A stretch of 64,000 nt of DNA from an uncultured Lentimicrobiaceae bacterium (GCA_964583325.1 CAZOXJ010000001.1:28054-92053), one strand, 5' to 3'. Shown: positions 10,060 through 20,355, counted from the stretch's first letter. Made by a program: numbers and translations. Notes: generated from the letters alone by a model not told the origin.

Positions 10060-11241
10060 TTACTTGTTTGAAACCAGAAAATCGTATAAACGTTTTGACT
10101 GAATATCTTTATTGAAAATTTGAAATGCTATTTTTTGCCCTTCTTTGCCTACTTTTTCAATGTCGGCTGCTGACAAAGCTTTAGTAATTGCCTGTGAAAA
10201 AGATATAAAACTACCCGGTTCAGCAAAAAAGGCACTTTTATCATTTACCAGGTAATCACTGATCTCGCCAATATCAGTTACACAAACTGGTCTGCCCGAT
10301 GCAAGATATTCTCCCAGTTTAGTTGGAAATCCACCTTCTGATTGTTGCGAATTGGGTCTTGCAAGAGCCAATATTGATGCATTAGATAAAAAAGCAGGAA
10401 TTTCTTCCCTTGATAATTGTCCAAGGTATGTAATCCTGCTTTGAGCGTTATTCTTTTCAATCAGTTTAACCTGAGCTGAATAATCTTCCCTGGGATCTTT
10501 TGCTCCGGCCAGATATAAATGCAAATCAGGAAATTGATCCATAATTTCGATAAATGCCTGAATTAAAATATCGACTCCATCTTTAGAGTTGTTCATACTC
10601 CCGCAATAACCTATATATGGGCTCGAAAGGCTGGCTTCTGCTTGTTTTTCTGAAAATCTTGATAAATCCACCGTCATAGGCAAATGTATCAGAGCAGTTT
10701 GTTTGCTCAAAAACTGATTATAATACTCATTAAGTTTTTTTGTCATTACAGCCATCACATTAATGCGAGGCAATATGTTTTTCAAATAATCATCATGAAG
10801 TTTCTTATTGTTTGGAAAAGCAATCCAGCTAAATTCACTTCTTTCATGAAACAAATTTATCTGAGGCTTAAATAATATCAGGTGCGATGCAATCTCGAAA
10901 ATTTCTTCCGAAACACCTAACCACAAATAGTCATAATTATCATTGACGTATTGATTATGAATTTTATTTGCTAAAACCTTAGAATTAAAATACACTTTGC
11001 CAAGTTTCTTTATAATTGGATTCAGAGTCACTACAGACGAAAGGTATTCGTATTCAAATCCCTTGTAATTCCCACTTTTTGAAAACTTTTGCTTCTCTGA
11101 CTTCAAACCACAAAACTCAACAAAAAGTAATTTCATGTTTACTTTGTTAGCTACCAAGCCTTCAGCAAGAGAAAGAAACCTATTGTTTTGGGCCGAGGTT
11201 TCAACAAAAGGATTTCGTTGTAGCAATACTTGTATTTTCAT
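10060..11241 (-). CDS. glycosyltransferase family 4
   Basis: 393 aa with YIGYCGSMNNSKDGVDILI and SEGGFPTKLGEYLASGRPVCVTDIGEI. Confidence 0.82.
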   Translation of the reverse strand: MKIQVLLQRNPFVETSAQNNRFLSLAEGLVANKVNMKLLFVEFCGLKSEKQKFSKSGNYKGFEYEYLSSVVTLNPIIKKLGKVYFNSKVLANKIHNQYVNDNYDYLWLGVSEEIFEIASHLILFKPQINLFHERSEFSWIAFPNNKKLHDDYLKNILPRINVMAVMTKKLNEYYNQFLSKQTALIHLPMTVDLSRFSEKQAEASLSSPYIGYCGSMNNSKDGVDILIQAFIEIMDQFPDLHLYLAGAKDPREDYSAQVKLIEKNNAQSRITYLGQLSREEIPAFLSNASILALARPNSQQSEGGFPTKLGEYLASGRPVCVTDIGEISDYLVNDKSAFFAEPGSFISFSQAITKALSAADIEKVGKEGQKIAFQIFNKDIQSKRLYDFLVSNK

Positions 11242-11302
11242 TCAGTTTGTTTATCGCTGTGATCAGGAACAGATGTTTCCCGGTTTTATTTAGCTAAACG
11301 AC

Positions 11303-12625
11303 TTATTGTAAGTTTTTTTTACCAATGCTATTAAGCAGAACGGATTTAAAGTTTGCCCTGATTATATTGCTATCGAACTTTTGAATAGCAAGTTCCCTGG
11401 CACTGTTGCCTAACGACATTCTGAGATCTTTATCAGCATAAATGTTTTTTATAGCCGCTTTAAGAACTTCTTTTTTGTTCTGAGAAACAACAACTGCCCA
11501 ATGGTATTGCAATGCATGCCTGGTAACTGCAGTTTCAATACTCGAATAAACAAGTATGGGTGTACCCGAAGCCATATACTCACTTGCTTTTGTTGGCATT
11601 GAATATTTTAAAAAGGAAACAGATTTTTGATCAAAATCATTTGGCAATAAAAGCAAATCGGCTTCACCAAAGATTAAAGGTAATTCATTGTATGGCACTG
11701 GTTTTCGGATTGAAACAAACTCAAATCGCCCAAGTTGTTTTAAAACAGGATTATCATTTGTTGCCTGAATATGAAAAACAATATTTAATCCTTCAGTGTT
11801 CAATTCTCCGACTGCGGCAGCAACCTCCAAAAGTGAATTCTGAAGTCCTGTGCCAATCCGGCCTGCATAAAGCAGTTTAAAAGCACCTTCAGGTTCATAC
11901 GTCTTATCAGGTAATAACCAATGTTTTACATCAATGGGATTATGGAAAGGAATAAATTCCATCCCATACCTGTAATAGTATTCTTTGCTCATGTATTCGC
12001 TAATGCTCATCAATGCATTAGCTTGTGAAAGCAAATGTCTCAGTTCTTTATCAATCTTGGTTTCCCAATGCTTGCGAAACAAGTTGTTTTGTGAAAGAGT
12101 TATTGTAACCGGCCAATCGTCCATAATATGAAAAACCATTGGCTTATTAATTTGACGTGACAAATCACCTAGAAACCTTATTAGTTCATAGGATGCAAGT
12201 TGAGAATAAATAAGATCAGGTGAAAACTCATCAATCCAGGTTAAAAATTGTTGACTGCAAACAAATTTCCGTCTTCGATGCATTTGTCCTGTAAATAATA
12301 GTACCCGGTCTTTACGACTAATTGATGTATTATTTAAACCAGTATTTGATTGTTGATTCTGCCCGGATTTTTGACGAACAACTCCTGATTTTGAAACATC
12401 ATTTCTCATTAAAAGATTAAAAGGAAATCCTCTATCAATTTCACTTTCTCCCAGGTTATAATAATTTTCGCAAACAGAATAGTCGGGGTTTATCAACTCA
12501 CTGGCCGCCACTGCTATTCTGTCTTTATCCCAACCCATAAAAAGATTGGTCATTGTAATTCCACTTCCTGACTTTTTGTGAAAAAACTGACCTAATATTA
12601 AAACTTTTGGATAAGTTGATGACAT
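11303..12625 (-). CDS. GT-B-like glycosyltransferase, tandem paralog A
   Basis: 440 aa. It shares blocks with 12700..14040: GxGIT..NLF.GW.KD.IA, H(I/V)MDDWP, FHNPID, Y(A/S)GRIG, EADLLL.P.DFD.KS..F...S.PTK. Its PTKASEYMASGTPILVY resembles the FPTKLGEYLASGRPV helix of the GT4 at 10060..11241. Confidence 0.55.
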   Translation of the reverse strand: MSSTYPKVLILGQFFHKKSGSGITMTNLFMGWDKDRIAVAASELINPDYSVCENYYNLGESEIDRGFPFNLLMRNDVSKSGVVRQKSGQNQQSNTGLNNTSISRKDRVLLFTGQMHRRRKFVCSQQFLTWIDEFSPDLIYSQLASYELIRFLGDLSRQINKPMVFHIMDDWPVTITLSQNNLFRKHWETKIDKELRHLLSQANALMSISEYMSKEYYYRYGMEFIPFHNPIDVKHWLLPDKTYEPEGAFKLLYAGRIGTGLQNSLLEVAAAVGELNTEGLNIVFHIQATNDNPVLKQLGRFEFVSIRKPVPYNELPLIFGEADLLLLPNDFDQKSVSFLKYSMPTKASEYMASGTPILVYSSIETAVTRHALQYHWAVVVSQNKKEVLKAAIKNIYADKDLRMSLGNSARELAIQKFDSNIIRANFKSVLLNSIGKKNLQ

Positions 12626-12699
12626 AAAAAATGATTGCCTTTATTGCTTTTAGATTATCTGACTTTTCGAATACAAATGATGATTATGCAGCGAAAAGT

Positions 12700-14040
12700 C
12701 TATTTACAATTTGCAATCTCCTCATGAAATGAAGAGCTAACCTTAACCTTGTCAAAATTATTTCTGGCAAATTCCGCAGCCCTGACAGAAAATACTTCTC
12801 TTGAACTTTTATCAGTAAGGGCATTCATAATTGAACTCTTTAACAATTCTATCCTTTGATCGTTGCAGATAAATCCAAGTTTGTTTTCCATCATAAAACG
12901 AATGGAATAAACCATTGACGGACCATAACAAAATACAGGAATCCCTGATATTAAATAAGAGGGTAGTTTTGTTGGGAATGATAACCGTATAAACTCAATG
13001 CTTTTTTTATCGAAATCAACAGGATAAAGGAGTAAATCTGCTTCTAAGAGTTTTGTAATGAAATTATCATCCTTTAAAGCAGGTAAAAGTTTAGTTCCGT
13101 TATGCTCAAATTTAGTAAAATCATTTTCTTTTTCGTTAAGGTCTGTATAGATATTAAAACTGATATCAAGCCCTTCTGATCTTAGTTCTTCAATACATTT
13201 ACTAAATTCGATTATTGAATCATGGCTTGCAGTCCATCCAATCCTTCCCGAATAAACCACAAGATAAGAACCATTCTGTTTTTTTTCATTATGGTTCAAT
13301 TCATTCATTTTGGTTAAATCAATCGGGTTATGAAAATATTTAAACGGGAGTTTGTATCTGTTTTGAAACTCATCGGCCATAGCCTTAGATATACCTAACC
13401 GTAGTGAAGAACCATTGAGCAATTTTTGAAATTTCAGATTTACTATTTTCCTTAACAAAAGTTTCAGGGTTCGGTCTTTATATATCAGATAGGGCCAATC
13501 GTCCATTACATGCACAACTACTTTTGCACCTGTTATACTCTGTGCTTTCAGAACCAGGTTGATGAAAGAAATATTTTCGGGTTGACAATATATAATATCC
13601 GGCTTAAAAGCCAATATCCAGTCATGAAGAGATTTTGACATTCGCAGAGGATGTACAAATTCCTGGAGTCCGGTTTTCAGAAGAAAACGCTGGAATCTTT
13701 GTTTTATGACATTTTGAGTAGGAATATGTTCATGCAATACAGTTTCAGAATTATTCTCAGTTCCATAAACCTTATCGAAATCAGCTGACGAATATGGCCC
13801 GTTAAATTTTCCGCGAGGCTCATTACTCAATTTATTGATTGGAAAAATATAATGAGATTCATCATAACCAATTTTATAGTATTTATCACAAACACTTGTC
13901 ATTGGTTTAGAGTCACTAAGATGGGCAAAAGCAATTTTATCTTTGGGCCAACCAAGAAACAGGTTTTTTAAGGTTATACCGCCACCTCTGAACTCGTTAA
14001 AACTATAATTATTTATTATTAACAGCCGTGGATAATTCAT
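12700..14040 (-). CDS. GT-B-like glycosyltransferase, tandem paralog B
   Basis: 446 aa with the same conserved blocks as 11303..12625 (HVMDDWP, FHNPID, YSGRIG, EADLLLYPVDFDKKSIEFIRLSFPTKLPSYLISGIPVFCY). Confidence 0.55.
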   Translation of the reverse strand: MNYPRLLIINNYSFNEFRGGGITLKNLFLGWPKDKIAFAHLSDSKPMTSVCDKYYKIGYDESHYIFPINKLSNEPRGKFNGPYSSADFDKVYGTENNSETVLHEHIPTQNVIKQRFQRFLLKTGLQEFVHPLRMSKSLHDWILAFKPDIIYCQPENISFINLVLKAQSITGAKVVVHVMDDWPYLIYKDRTLKLLLRKIVNLKFQKLLNGSSLRLGISKAMADEFQNRYKLPFKYFHNPIDLTKMNELNHNEKKQNGSYLVVYSGRIGWTASHDSIIEFSKCIEELRSEGLDISFNIYTDLNEKENDFTKFEHNGTKLLPALKDDNFITKLLEADLLLYPVDFDKKSIEFIRLSFPTKLPSYLISGIPVFCYGPSMVYSIRFMMENKLGFICNDQRIELLKSSIMNALTDKSSREVFSVRAAEFARNNFDKVKVSSSFHEEIANCK

Positions 14041-14120
14041 TTCGTTTATTGTATGTATTTTTTCTCAGTAAAGAATTAAAGAAATAATAGATTCGTCAAT
14101 TCGCCGGTTTGTGTTTATAA

Positions 14121-15401
14121 CTATTCCTGATTCAATTGTTGCTTACTGTCCTCAAAAATCTTTTGATAAATAAATGACATTCTTTCTCTCACAAGCTGCT
14201 TATCGTGGCGTAAAACAGCCCTTTTATATGCATTCCTTGATATAAGTAGTGTAAGATCTTTATCCATTATCAAATCGGTTATCGCTCCAGTGAGCGAATA
14301 AGGATCACCGTCCTGTACCAACAATCCTTCTTTCCCATTTTCGAGTATTGACGGTGTACCTCCGGCATATGTTGCAACAACCGGCATACCCATTATCATT
14401 GCTTCACAAATACTGTTAGGGCTATTCTCAATATGTGATGGGTGAACATACATATTAGCCTCTCTCAACTCAATTATCAATTTTTCTGCACTTAGTGATC
14501 CTTTGAAACAAATATTATGATCTGCAAATTTTAAATTGGTTGATTTTTCAATCATTCTAATTATCTCTTCATTGCCATTTATACCAGCAACTATCCATTC
14601 AATCTCAGATGAACAGATATTTTTCAGCAAATTTGAAGCTTCCAGAATCGTTTCAAGTCCTTTGTAAGCCATAGTGCTTATGGTTGACACCAGCCTGATT
14701 TTATTTTTTTCAGGTTTCTGCCAGGGTTGTACATGATAGAATTCGTCTCTTAGCAATTCTTCGCAATGAAAATAAGTGCTTGACGGAGAAAAAACCTTAC
14801 TGATTCGACGGTCCCAATCGGTTCGACCAATATAGTTCCGGCAATAATTCATTAATTTACGCTCTCTTGCTGCCCTGTTCGAAAAATGAAAATACAGATG
14901 CCATAATCCATATGCTTTTATTAAGTTTTTAACATTTGAATAACGTAAAACATTTATTGAACTCAATCCCGAAAACCATTTTTTTGCTGTTATTGTAAGA
15001 TTGCCTTGAATATGGATAACTACAGGAACTTTTACTTGAGGAATTATTAGCCCAAAAGGAGATTCGGTGCCGAAAACATGTATAACGTCGGGTTTAAACT
15101 TGTCGACAATCTTAAGGTAGTATGCAATAATATTTTCAGATTCGATTTTATGGTTCCACCTATCCCAAATACCCGCTAAGTTACTCTTGGTTTTAGGAAA
15201 CGGATATGAAAAATATTGAGTATGGTTTAACTCGAAATTTGATTCTTTCTCATATCCAAATGGAAATGCAACACCAAGTTGTATTTCATTATTTTTTTCA
15301 ATTTCTTTTTGAAGCGATACAATCCAACCTGTAATATTTCTTTCAATATTTAAATGCGCCGAAGCAAGAGATGGTGAATCAGTAAACCAAAGTACTTTCA
15401 T
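14121..15401 (-). CDS. glycosyltransferase family 4
   Basis: 426 aa with HIENSPNSICEAMIMGMPVVATYAGGTPSILENGKEGLLVQDGDP. Confidence 0.85.
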   Translation of the reverse strand: MKVLWFTDSPSLASAHLNIERNITGWIVSLQKEIEKNNEIQLGVAFPFGYEKESNFELNHTQYFSYPFPKTKSNLAGIWDRWNHKIESENIIAYYLKIVDKFKPDVIHVFGTESPFGLIIPQVKVPVVIHIQGNLTITAKKWFSGLSSINVLRYSNVKNLIKAYGLWHLYFHFSNRAARERKLMNYCRNYIGRTDWDRRISKVFSPSSTYFHCEELLRDEFYHVQPWQKPEKNKIRLVSTISTMAYKGLETILEASNLLKNICSSEIEWIVAGINGNEEIIRMIEKSTNLKFADHNICFKGSLSAEKLIIELREANMYVHPSHIENSPNSICEAMIMGMPVVATYAGGTPSILENGKEGLLVQDGDPYSLTGAITDLIMDKDLTLLISRNAYKRAVLRHDKQLVRERMSFIYQKIFEDSKQQLNQE

Positions 15402-15410
15402 AGATATTTG

Positions 15411-16820
15411 TTAACCTTCCGGAGCTAAGTTTTCCTGACTTTCTTTTTTCTTTTTGCCGTATGCCATTATCAGTGCCGATAAAATGCCAAAATACCAAAG
15501 GGCAAGTGCAAATCGACTAGGCGACATGATAGTAAATGAGGTAAATCCCTCAATTACCTGTGAAATGATTGTCAAAAGCAACATTAAAGCTAATTGTGAC
15601 ACTATTCCTTCTGTTCGGATAAAAAGAAAGAATGCTTTTATTAAAGAACTAACATAAAGTAATATAAATAGAGCTAATCCTAAAAAGCCCCAACGGAAAA
15701 CGACTTCAGCCCATCCCATATCGGCAGTAGCACCATCAACAACTTTCACAAAAGGGGTTTGTTTTTCAGTTACAGATCCATAACCAAAAAGTTTTTTATC
15801 AGTTGACATTCTTGCTATTACACGATCAATTTTGTAAAACCTATAAACAAGATTGTTATTTTGTGCTGTAGCAGGTTGATCGTCAAGTTCTTCAAATCTA
15901 CTGAGGAAATAATTAGTACTGGCAGGAAGAAAGTTGGAAACAACAGCAAAAATACCAATAGCTGCTATGCATGCCAAAAAGAGATTTTTTAAAGTTTTCC
16001 CAAGGCTTTTTTCTTTAAATCCGATTAAAAAATAATAAGCTATAAATAACAAAATTGCGATCATCAGGAATGAACGCGTATATGAGATATAAATACCGAT
16101 AATATTAATCGAAATTAAAAGATAGTCCAATATCGTTTTATTTCGAGTCATAGCTAAAAGGTAGGAAATTGAAAAAAACCAAAGAACTGGCATAAACCAA
16201 AATGTTCTTGTAATTACCTGACCTTCAAATACAGTTACAAGATATTCATTGTTTGTACTTGCATATAAGTTTATATGTAATCCCTGGTGGATAAAATAGA
16301 AACACGAAGCTAAAGAATTGACAAGAACTATGTTATATAAAAATTTTTTCAAAACATTAATTTCAACCCTGCCAGTTACATCTTTGATTATAAAGAATCC
16401 TATAAATAGTGCAAGGAGTACAATAATTTTGTCATACACATCATTTAGGACATAGTATTCATGAATTACTATTCCAAACCCGATTAAAGATATGATAATT
16501 AAACCAGCCACAATATAATCAATAATGCTAAATTTATTGTAATGCTTGATATTATTTAAAGTTGGGAAGTCCTCCGAGCGGATTCGGAAAATTATCCAAA
16601 ATATTATCATCCATACCAATAAGGTAATGTCAGGATTTCTATCTATTGATTGAAAAGATCTAAAGGGTATCCTGAAAAGTTCAACTGATTCGAAGAATAT
16701 TGATGAACGCAGGAACATCAGGAATGGAATTCCGAGAATAAATATCGGATCCTTTAATGCACGGTATACAAAATACAATACAAGGATATAAGGCAAGAAT
16801 TTGAGAAAGAGGTATATCAT
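15411..16820 (-). CDS. Wzy_C-family polytopic membrane protein (O-antigen ligase or polymerase type)
   Basis: 469 aa with roughly 10-12 hydrophobic segments and one ~70-aa hydrophilic loop (about aa 300-370, ...SRFEELDDQPATAQNNNLVYRFYKIDRV...). This topology fits Wzy/WaaL, not a Wzx flippase. The YISYTRSFLM segment precedes the loop. Confidence 0.65.
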   Translation of the reverse strand: MIYLFLKFLPYILVLYFVYRALKDPIFILGIPFLMFLRSSIFFESVELFRIPFRSFQSIDRNPDITLLVWMIIFWIIFRIRSEDFPTLNNIKHYNKFSIIDYIVAGLIIISLIGFGIVIHEYYVLNDVYDKIIVLLALFIGFFIIKDVTGRVEINVLKKFLYNIVLVNSLASCFYFIHQGLHINLYASTNNEYLVTVFEGQVITRTFWFMPVLWFFSISYLLAMTRNKTILDYLLISINIIGIYISYTRSFLMIAILLFIAYYFLIGFKEKSLGKTLKNLFLACIAAIGIFAVVSNFLPASTNYFLSRFEELDDQPATAQNNNLVYRFYKIDRVIARMSTDKKLFGYGSVTEKQTPFVKVVDGATADMGWAEVVFRWGFLGLALFILLYVSSLIKAFFLFIRTEGIVSQLALMLLLTIISQVIEGFTSFTIMSPSRFALALWYFGILSALIMAYGKKKKESQENLAPEG

Positions 16821-16838
16821 ATCAAAATAGTCAAAATA

Positions 16839-18032
16839 TTATTTCTCAGATTCACCCGATAATGCTTGTATTAAAACTGAGTTCAAATTTTGATGTGACT
16901 GGCTTCTCATATAATCTTCGATTGATTTTGAAAACGATTCTTTTGGCGTATTTATAAAGCTTTGGAATTGCTTTTCAAAGGATCCTTGATTATAGGTGAA
17001 CCCAAGATTATATTTTTTAACCCGGTAACCAATTATCCCAACTTCCGGTACAAGTACCGGAATATTGTAGCCAAGTGCCTGTAGCATTACTCCGCTTGAA
17101 CCCAGAAAATCTCTATATGGAAGAATCAGATGACTTACCGCTTTAAAGAAATACTCAATAGTTGAAGGATCAGTTATATACTCATTGGTTTCAAAAAGTG
17201 TGTTCTGCGTTTCCAGAACTTCCCGTAATGTATTTACATCATACTCATAATCAGTATCATCGTTTCTTAATCCGCAATGGATAAAACACGCATTATTATC
17301 CAGAGCTAATTTTAAGAGTATATCGTACCCTCTTCTTTCCTGCGGCGCTCCAAAATACAACAGCATTCTAGCACCTTTATTTTTGTTTTTAAACTCGTCC
17401 AATTTCTGAATCCAAAGCCTTTGGCCTGAATTCTCTTCTTTTACTAATTGATCTGCAAATTGCTGAAATACATCAGGCAAACAAACTGCACTTCTATGTT
17501 TAGAAACGAAAAAATCATCTAAATGCAATGAGACATTTAACAGATGAAAGAATGGATTTAAAACTTCATGGAAAAATCGGGCATCAGTGTCCCAAAAAGA
17601 ATGTAACCGTTTTACATATCTCGCTTTATCGAGCAAAGATAATTTATGATAAAAGTAAAATGGCCTCAGAAATATCCCAACCGTTCTGCCTTTTAGTCTC
17701 TTTTTCCCAGATTTCAATTGTGATACAAACAGCGGAATATGGCTGTCGGCTTCTGTAAAAACTGTTAATTCAATATCATACTTATTTTGCAAGTCAATAA
17801 ATTCATCAATTTTAATACCCACTCCATCACCATCAAATGTACTGGTATCAATCCTGAAGATATTCTCATCGTCTTTAAACCGATCAAAATAAAAAGTGCT
17901 GTTTAATTTAGTTTTGAAATTGCCTGCAATGTATATCGTATAACCCAGTTTCTGAAGGATTTGCACAAAAACAAAAATATAAACCTGACGGTGACCTACA
18001 AAACTTGGCGAAAATAGAAGAGCGTTTTTCAA
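16839..18032 (-). CDS. hypothetical protein, possibly a divergent GT-B-like enzyme
   Basis: 397 aa with a TTG start (18030-18032) and no nearby ATG. The C-terminal GSSGVMLQALGYNIPVLVPEVGIIGYRV is reminiscent of a GT-B nucleotide-sugar site. I do not recognise the family. Confidence 0.45.
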   Translation of the reverse strand: MKNALLFSPSFVGHRQVYIFVFVQILQKLGYTIYIAGNFKTKLNSTFYFDRFKDDENIFRIDTSTFDGDGVGIKIDEFIDLQNKYDIELTVFTEADSHIPLFVSQLKSGKKRLKGRTVGIFLRPFYFYHKLSLLDKARYVKRLHSFWDTDARFFHEVLNPFFHLLNVSLHLDDFFVSKHRSAVCLPDVFQQFADQLVKEENSGQRLWIQKLDEFKNKNKGARMLLYFGAPQERRGYDILLKLALDNNACFIHCGLRNDDTDYEYDVNTLREVLETQNTLFETNEYITDPSTIEYFFKAVSHLILPYRDFLGSSGVMLQALGYNIPVLVPEVGIIGYRVKKYNLGFTYNQGSFEKQFQSFINTPKESFSKSIEDYMRSQSHQNLNSVLIQALSGESEK

Positions 18033-18089
18033 AGGTCAGAGTTTATATTGAAAGAATTAACCGGCAGTTAAACTATTTGACAAATTATA

Positions 18090-19397
18090 TTAATCGGTTG
18101 TTCCTGTTTTATACCAGGGCAAAATCTTTGTCAGAGCACCGGGTCTGTTCGATTTACTTATTCTGTTCCAGAAAGGAGATATTCCATGATTAATTTCGAC
18201 CTCAAACGATAATAATGGATCAGAATTAATTATCCATTTCTTAAAATGATGGCTTATCTTAGGACTGATATAGTAAGTACCCTCATTAAAAAAATCTTCA
18301 GGCAATTCACATATAATGGAGTTTAATCCAACTTTTAAGGTTGGCCAGTTTTCTGGGGATCCATCATTATGGTATGTTCTTAAAATGGTCATTCCACTCT
18401 CAGTTAATACATCGAAACCAATAACTAAATCATTATCGAGTTGATATACAATGAAATCTAATTGTACTCTTATTTTTAGTTTAGAAAAGAAATGACTCCT
18501 GATATTATCATCCTGGTCCATAATTTTTATAGCCATGAGTTTAATAGAGGAATCACCTAATGCGGTCTGTTCATCCCAATAAATTGACCCTTCTTTTAAA
18601 GTTTCATACATCAGGTATTTCCTAATCACATCAATAGGATTACTGTCATCAACTACGGTGCCTTTGTTAAGTAAAACAACCCGGGAACATAAATTTGTGA
18701 TTGCCTGCATATTATGACTTACAAATAATACTGTGCGCCCCTCCTTGTTACTAACATCCTGCATTCTTCCTATTGCCTTTTTCTGAAATTCGGCGTCACC
18801 TACGGCAAGTACTTCATCAACAACCAAAATCTCTGGTTCGAGGTATGCAGCAATTGCAAATCCGAGTCTAACTGTCATTCCACTTGAATAACGCTTCACT
18901 GGTGTATCGAGATATTTTTCAACACCTGCAAAATCAACAATTTCATCAAGCTTACGGGTAATTTCAGCTTTTGTCATACCCATAATTGAACCATTCATGT
19001 ATATGTTTTCGCGGCCTGTCATTTCAGGATGAAAACCGGTACCAACCTCCAGCAGCGAAGCAATTCGCCCGTGAGCAACAATCCTACCGGTAGTTGGGGT
19101 AGTTACCCTTGACAGAATCTTAAGCAATGTAGATTTGCCTGCACCATTTTTACCTATTATACCTAAAACTTCTCCTTTTTTTACATCAAAGCTGATATCA
19201 TTAAGAGCCCACACATAATCACTTGTAGATTTACTTTCTCTGTCATTAACCTGGCCAACTTTCAGATAAGGATCTGCTTTACCCCGAATATTCATTGCCC
19301 ACCAACGATTCAGGTCATGACTGATTGTTCCTGTACCAATTGTGCCAAGCCTGTATTGCTTTGAAATATCCTCGAATTTAATTGCTATATCATCCAT
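18090..19397 (-). CDS. wzt: polysaccharide ABC exporter ATP-binding protein with C-terminal extension (Wzt/TagH type)
   Basis: 435 aa with Walker A GKNGAGKST, signature YSSGMTVRLGF and Walker B ILVVDE. An extra ~185-aa domain follows the NBD. Confidence 0.9.
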   Translation of the reverse strand: MDDIAIKFEDISKQYRLGTIGTGTISHDLNRWWAMNIRGKADPYLKVGQVNDRESKSTSDYVWALNDISFDVKKGEVLGIIGKNGAGKSTLLKILSRVTTPTTGRIVAHGRIASLLEVGTGFHPEMTGRENIYMNGSIMGMTKAEITRKLDEIVDFAGVEKYLDTPVKRYSSGMTVRLGFAIAAYLEPEILVVDEVLAVGDAEFQKKAIGRMQDVSNKEGRTVLFVSHNMQAITNLCSRVVLLNKGTVVDDSNPIDVIRKYLMYETLKEGSIYWDEQTALGDSSIKLMAIKIMDQDDNIRSHFFSKLKIRVQLDFIVYQLDNDLVIGFDVLTESGMTILRTYHNDGSPENWPTLKVGLNSIICELPEDFFNEGTYYISPKISHHFKKWIINSDPLLSFEVEINHGISPFWNRISKSNRPGALTKILPWYKTGTTD

Positions 19398-19478
19398 ACT
19401 TGTCCTTATATTGAATTCCAGTTTGTTGTATTCTCATTTCTGGAGATATAAACACCAAACTGTTAAAATTATTTTACA

Positions 19479-20339
19479 CTAAACCACATCCATAAATGAT
19501 CTTTCAACTTTATTGAAAATCCATGTTCCGATCAGTAATAAAATAATTGTAAATGTGAAGCTGTATCCTAAAGAGAGCCAGGAGAATGAACCTTTACCCA
19601 GAAATCCGTATTTAAATGTCTCTAAGACAGCGGTAAGCGGATTGGCCTGGATGAACCACATATACTTTTTGTAATTTCCTTCCATTACTGAAAGAGGGTA
19701 AATAACCGGTGTAAAATACATCCAGAGTTGGATAGCAAAAGCAACCAGGAATTTTAAATCCCTGTACTTTGTTGTCATTGATGATATAATAATGCCAAAT
19801 CCCAGTCCCAGTCCTGCTAATATAAAGATAAGCACAGGGAAAAGTAAAGCATAACTATTAATTGCTATTTCAGTACCTTTTGAGATAAAATAAATATACA
19901 CACCTGCAAATAAGATAAACTGAATCAGCATTTTCAGCAATCCAGACATCGTAACTGATATAGGTACAATTAAGCGGGGAAAGTAAACTTTACCAAATAC
20001 AGACTGATTGGTATAAAATGTATCAGATGTTTTAATTAAAGAGTCGGAAAAATAATTCCACAGGCAAATCCCGGATAAGTAAAACAACGGTTGAGGTATT
20101 CCGTCGGTTGGTATACCGGCTAAACCACCAAAAACAAACATAAAAACTATGGTGGTGAAAACCGGTTGTATAAAAAACCATAGCGGGCCCAATATTGTTT
20201 GCTTATAAAAAGTAACAATATCGCGCTTTATGTACATTTCGAGCAAGTCTCTATACTTCCATACTTCTTTCAGATTCAGATTAAATAAACTACCTTTAGG
20301 TTTGATTACTATATCCCAGTCTTCATTTGTTTTAGCCAT
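19479..20339 (-). CDS. wzm: ABC-2 type polysaccharide exporter permease (Wzm/TagG type)
   Basis: 286 aa with about six hydrophobic segments. It sits directly upstream of the ATPase gene. Confidence 0.85.
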   Translation of the reverse strand: MAKTNEDWDIVIKPKGSLFNLNLKEVWKYRDLLEMYIKRDIVTFYKQTILGPLWFFIQPVFTTIVFMFVFGGLAGIPTDGIPQPLFYLSGICLWNYFSDSLIKTSDTFYTNQSVFGKVYFPRLIVPISVTMSGLLKMLIQFILFAGVYIYFISKGTEIAINSYALLFPVLIFILAGLGLGFGIIISSMTTKYRDLKFLVAFAIQLWMYFTPVIYPLSVMEGNYKKYMWFIQANPLTAVLETFKYGFLGKGSFSWLSLGYSFTFTIILLLIGTWIFNKVERSFMDVV

Positions 20340-20355
20340 TTCGAGAATTCGATTA

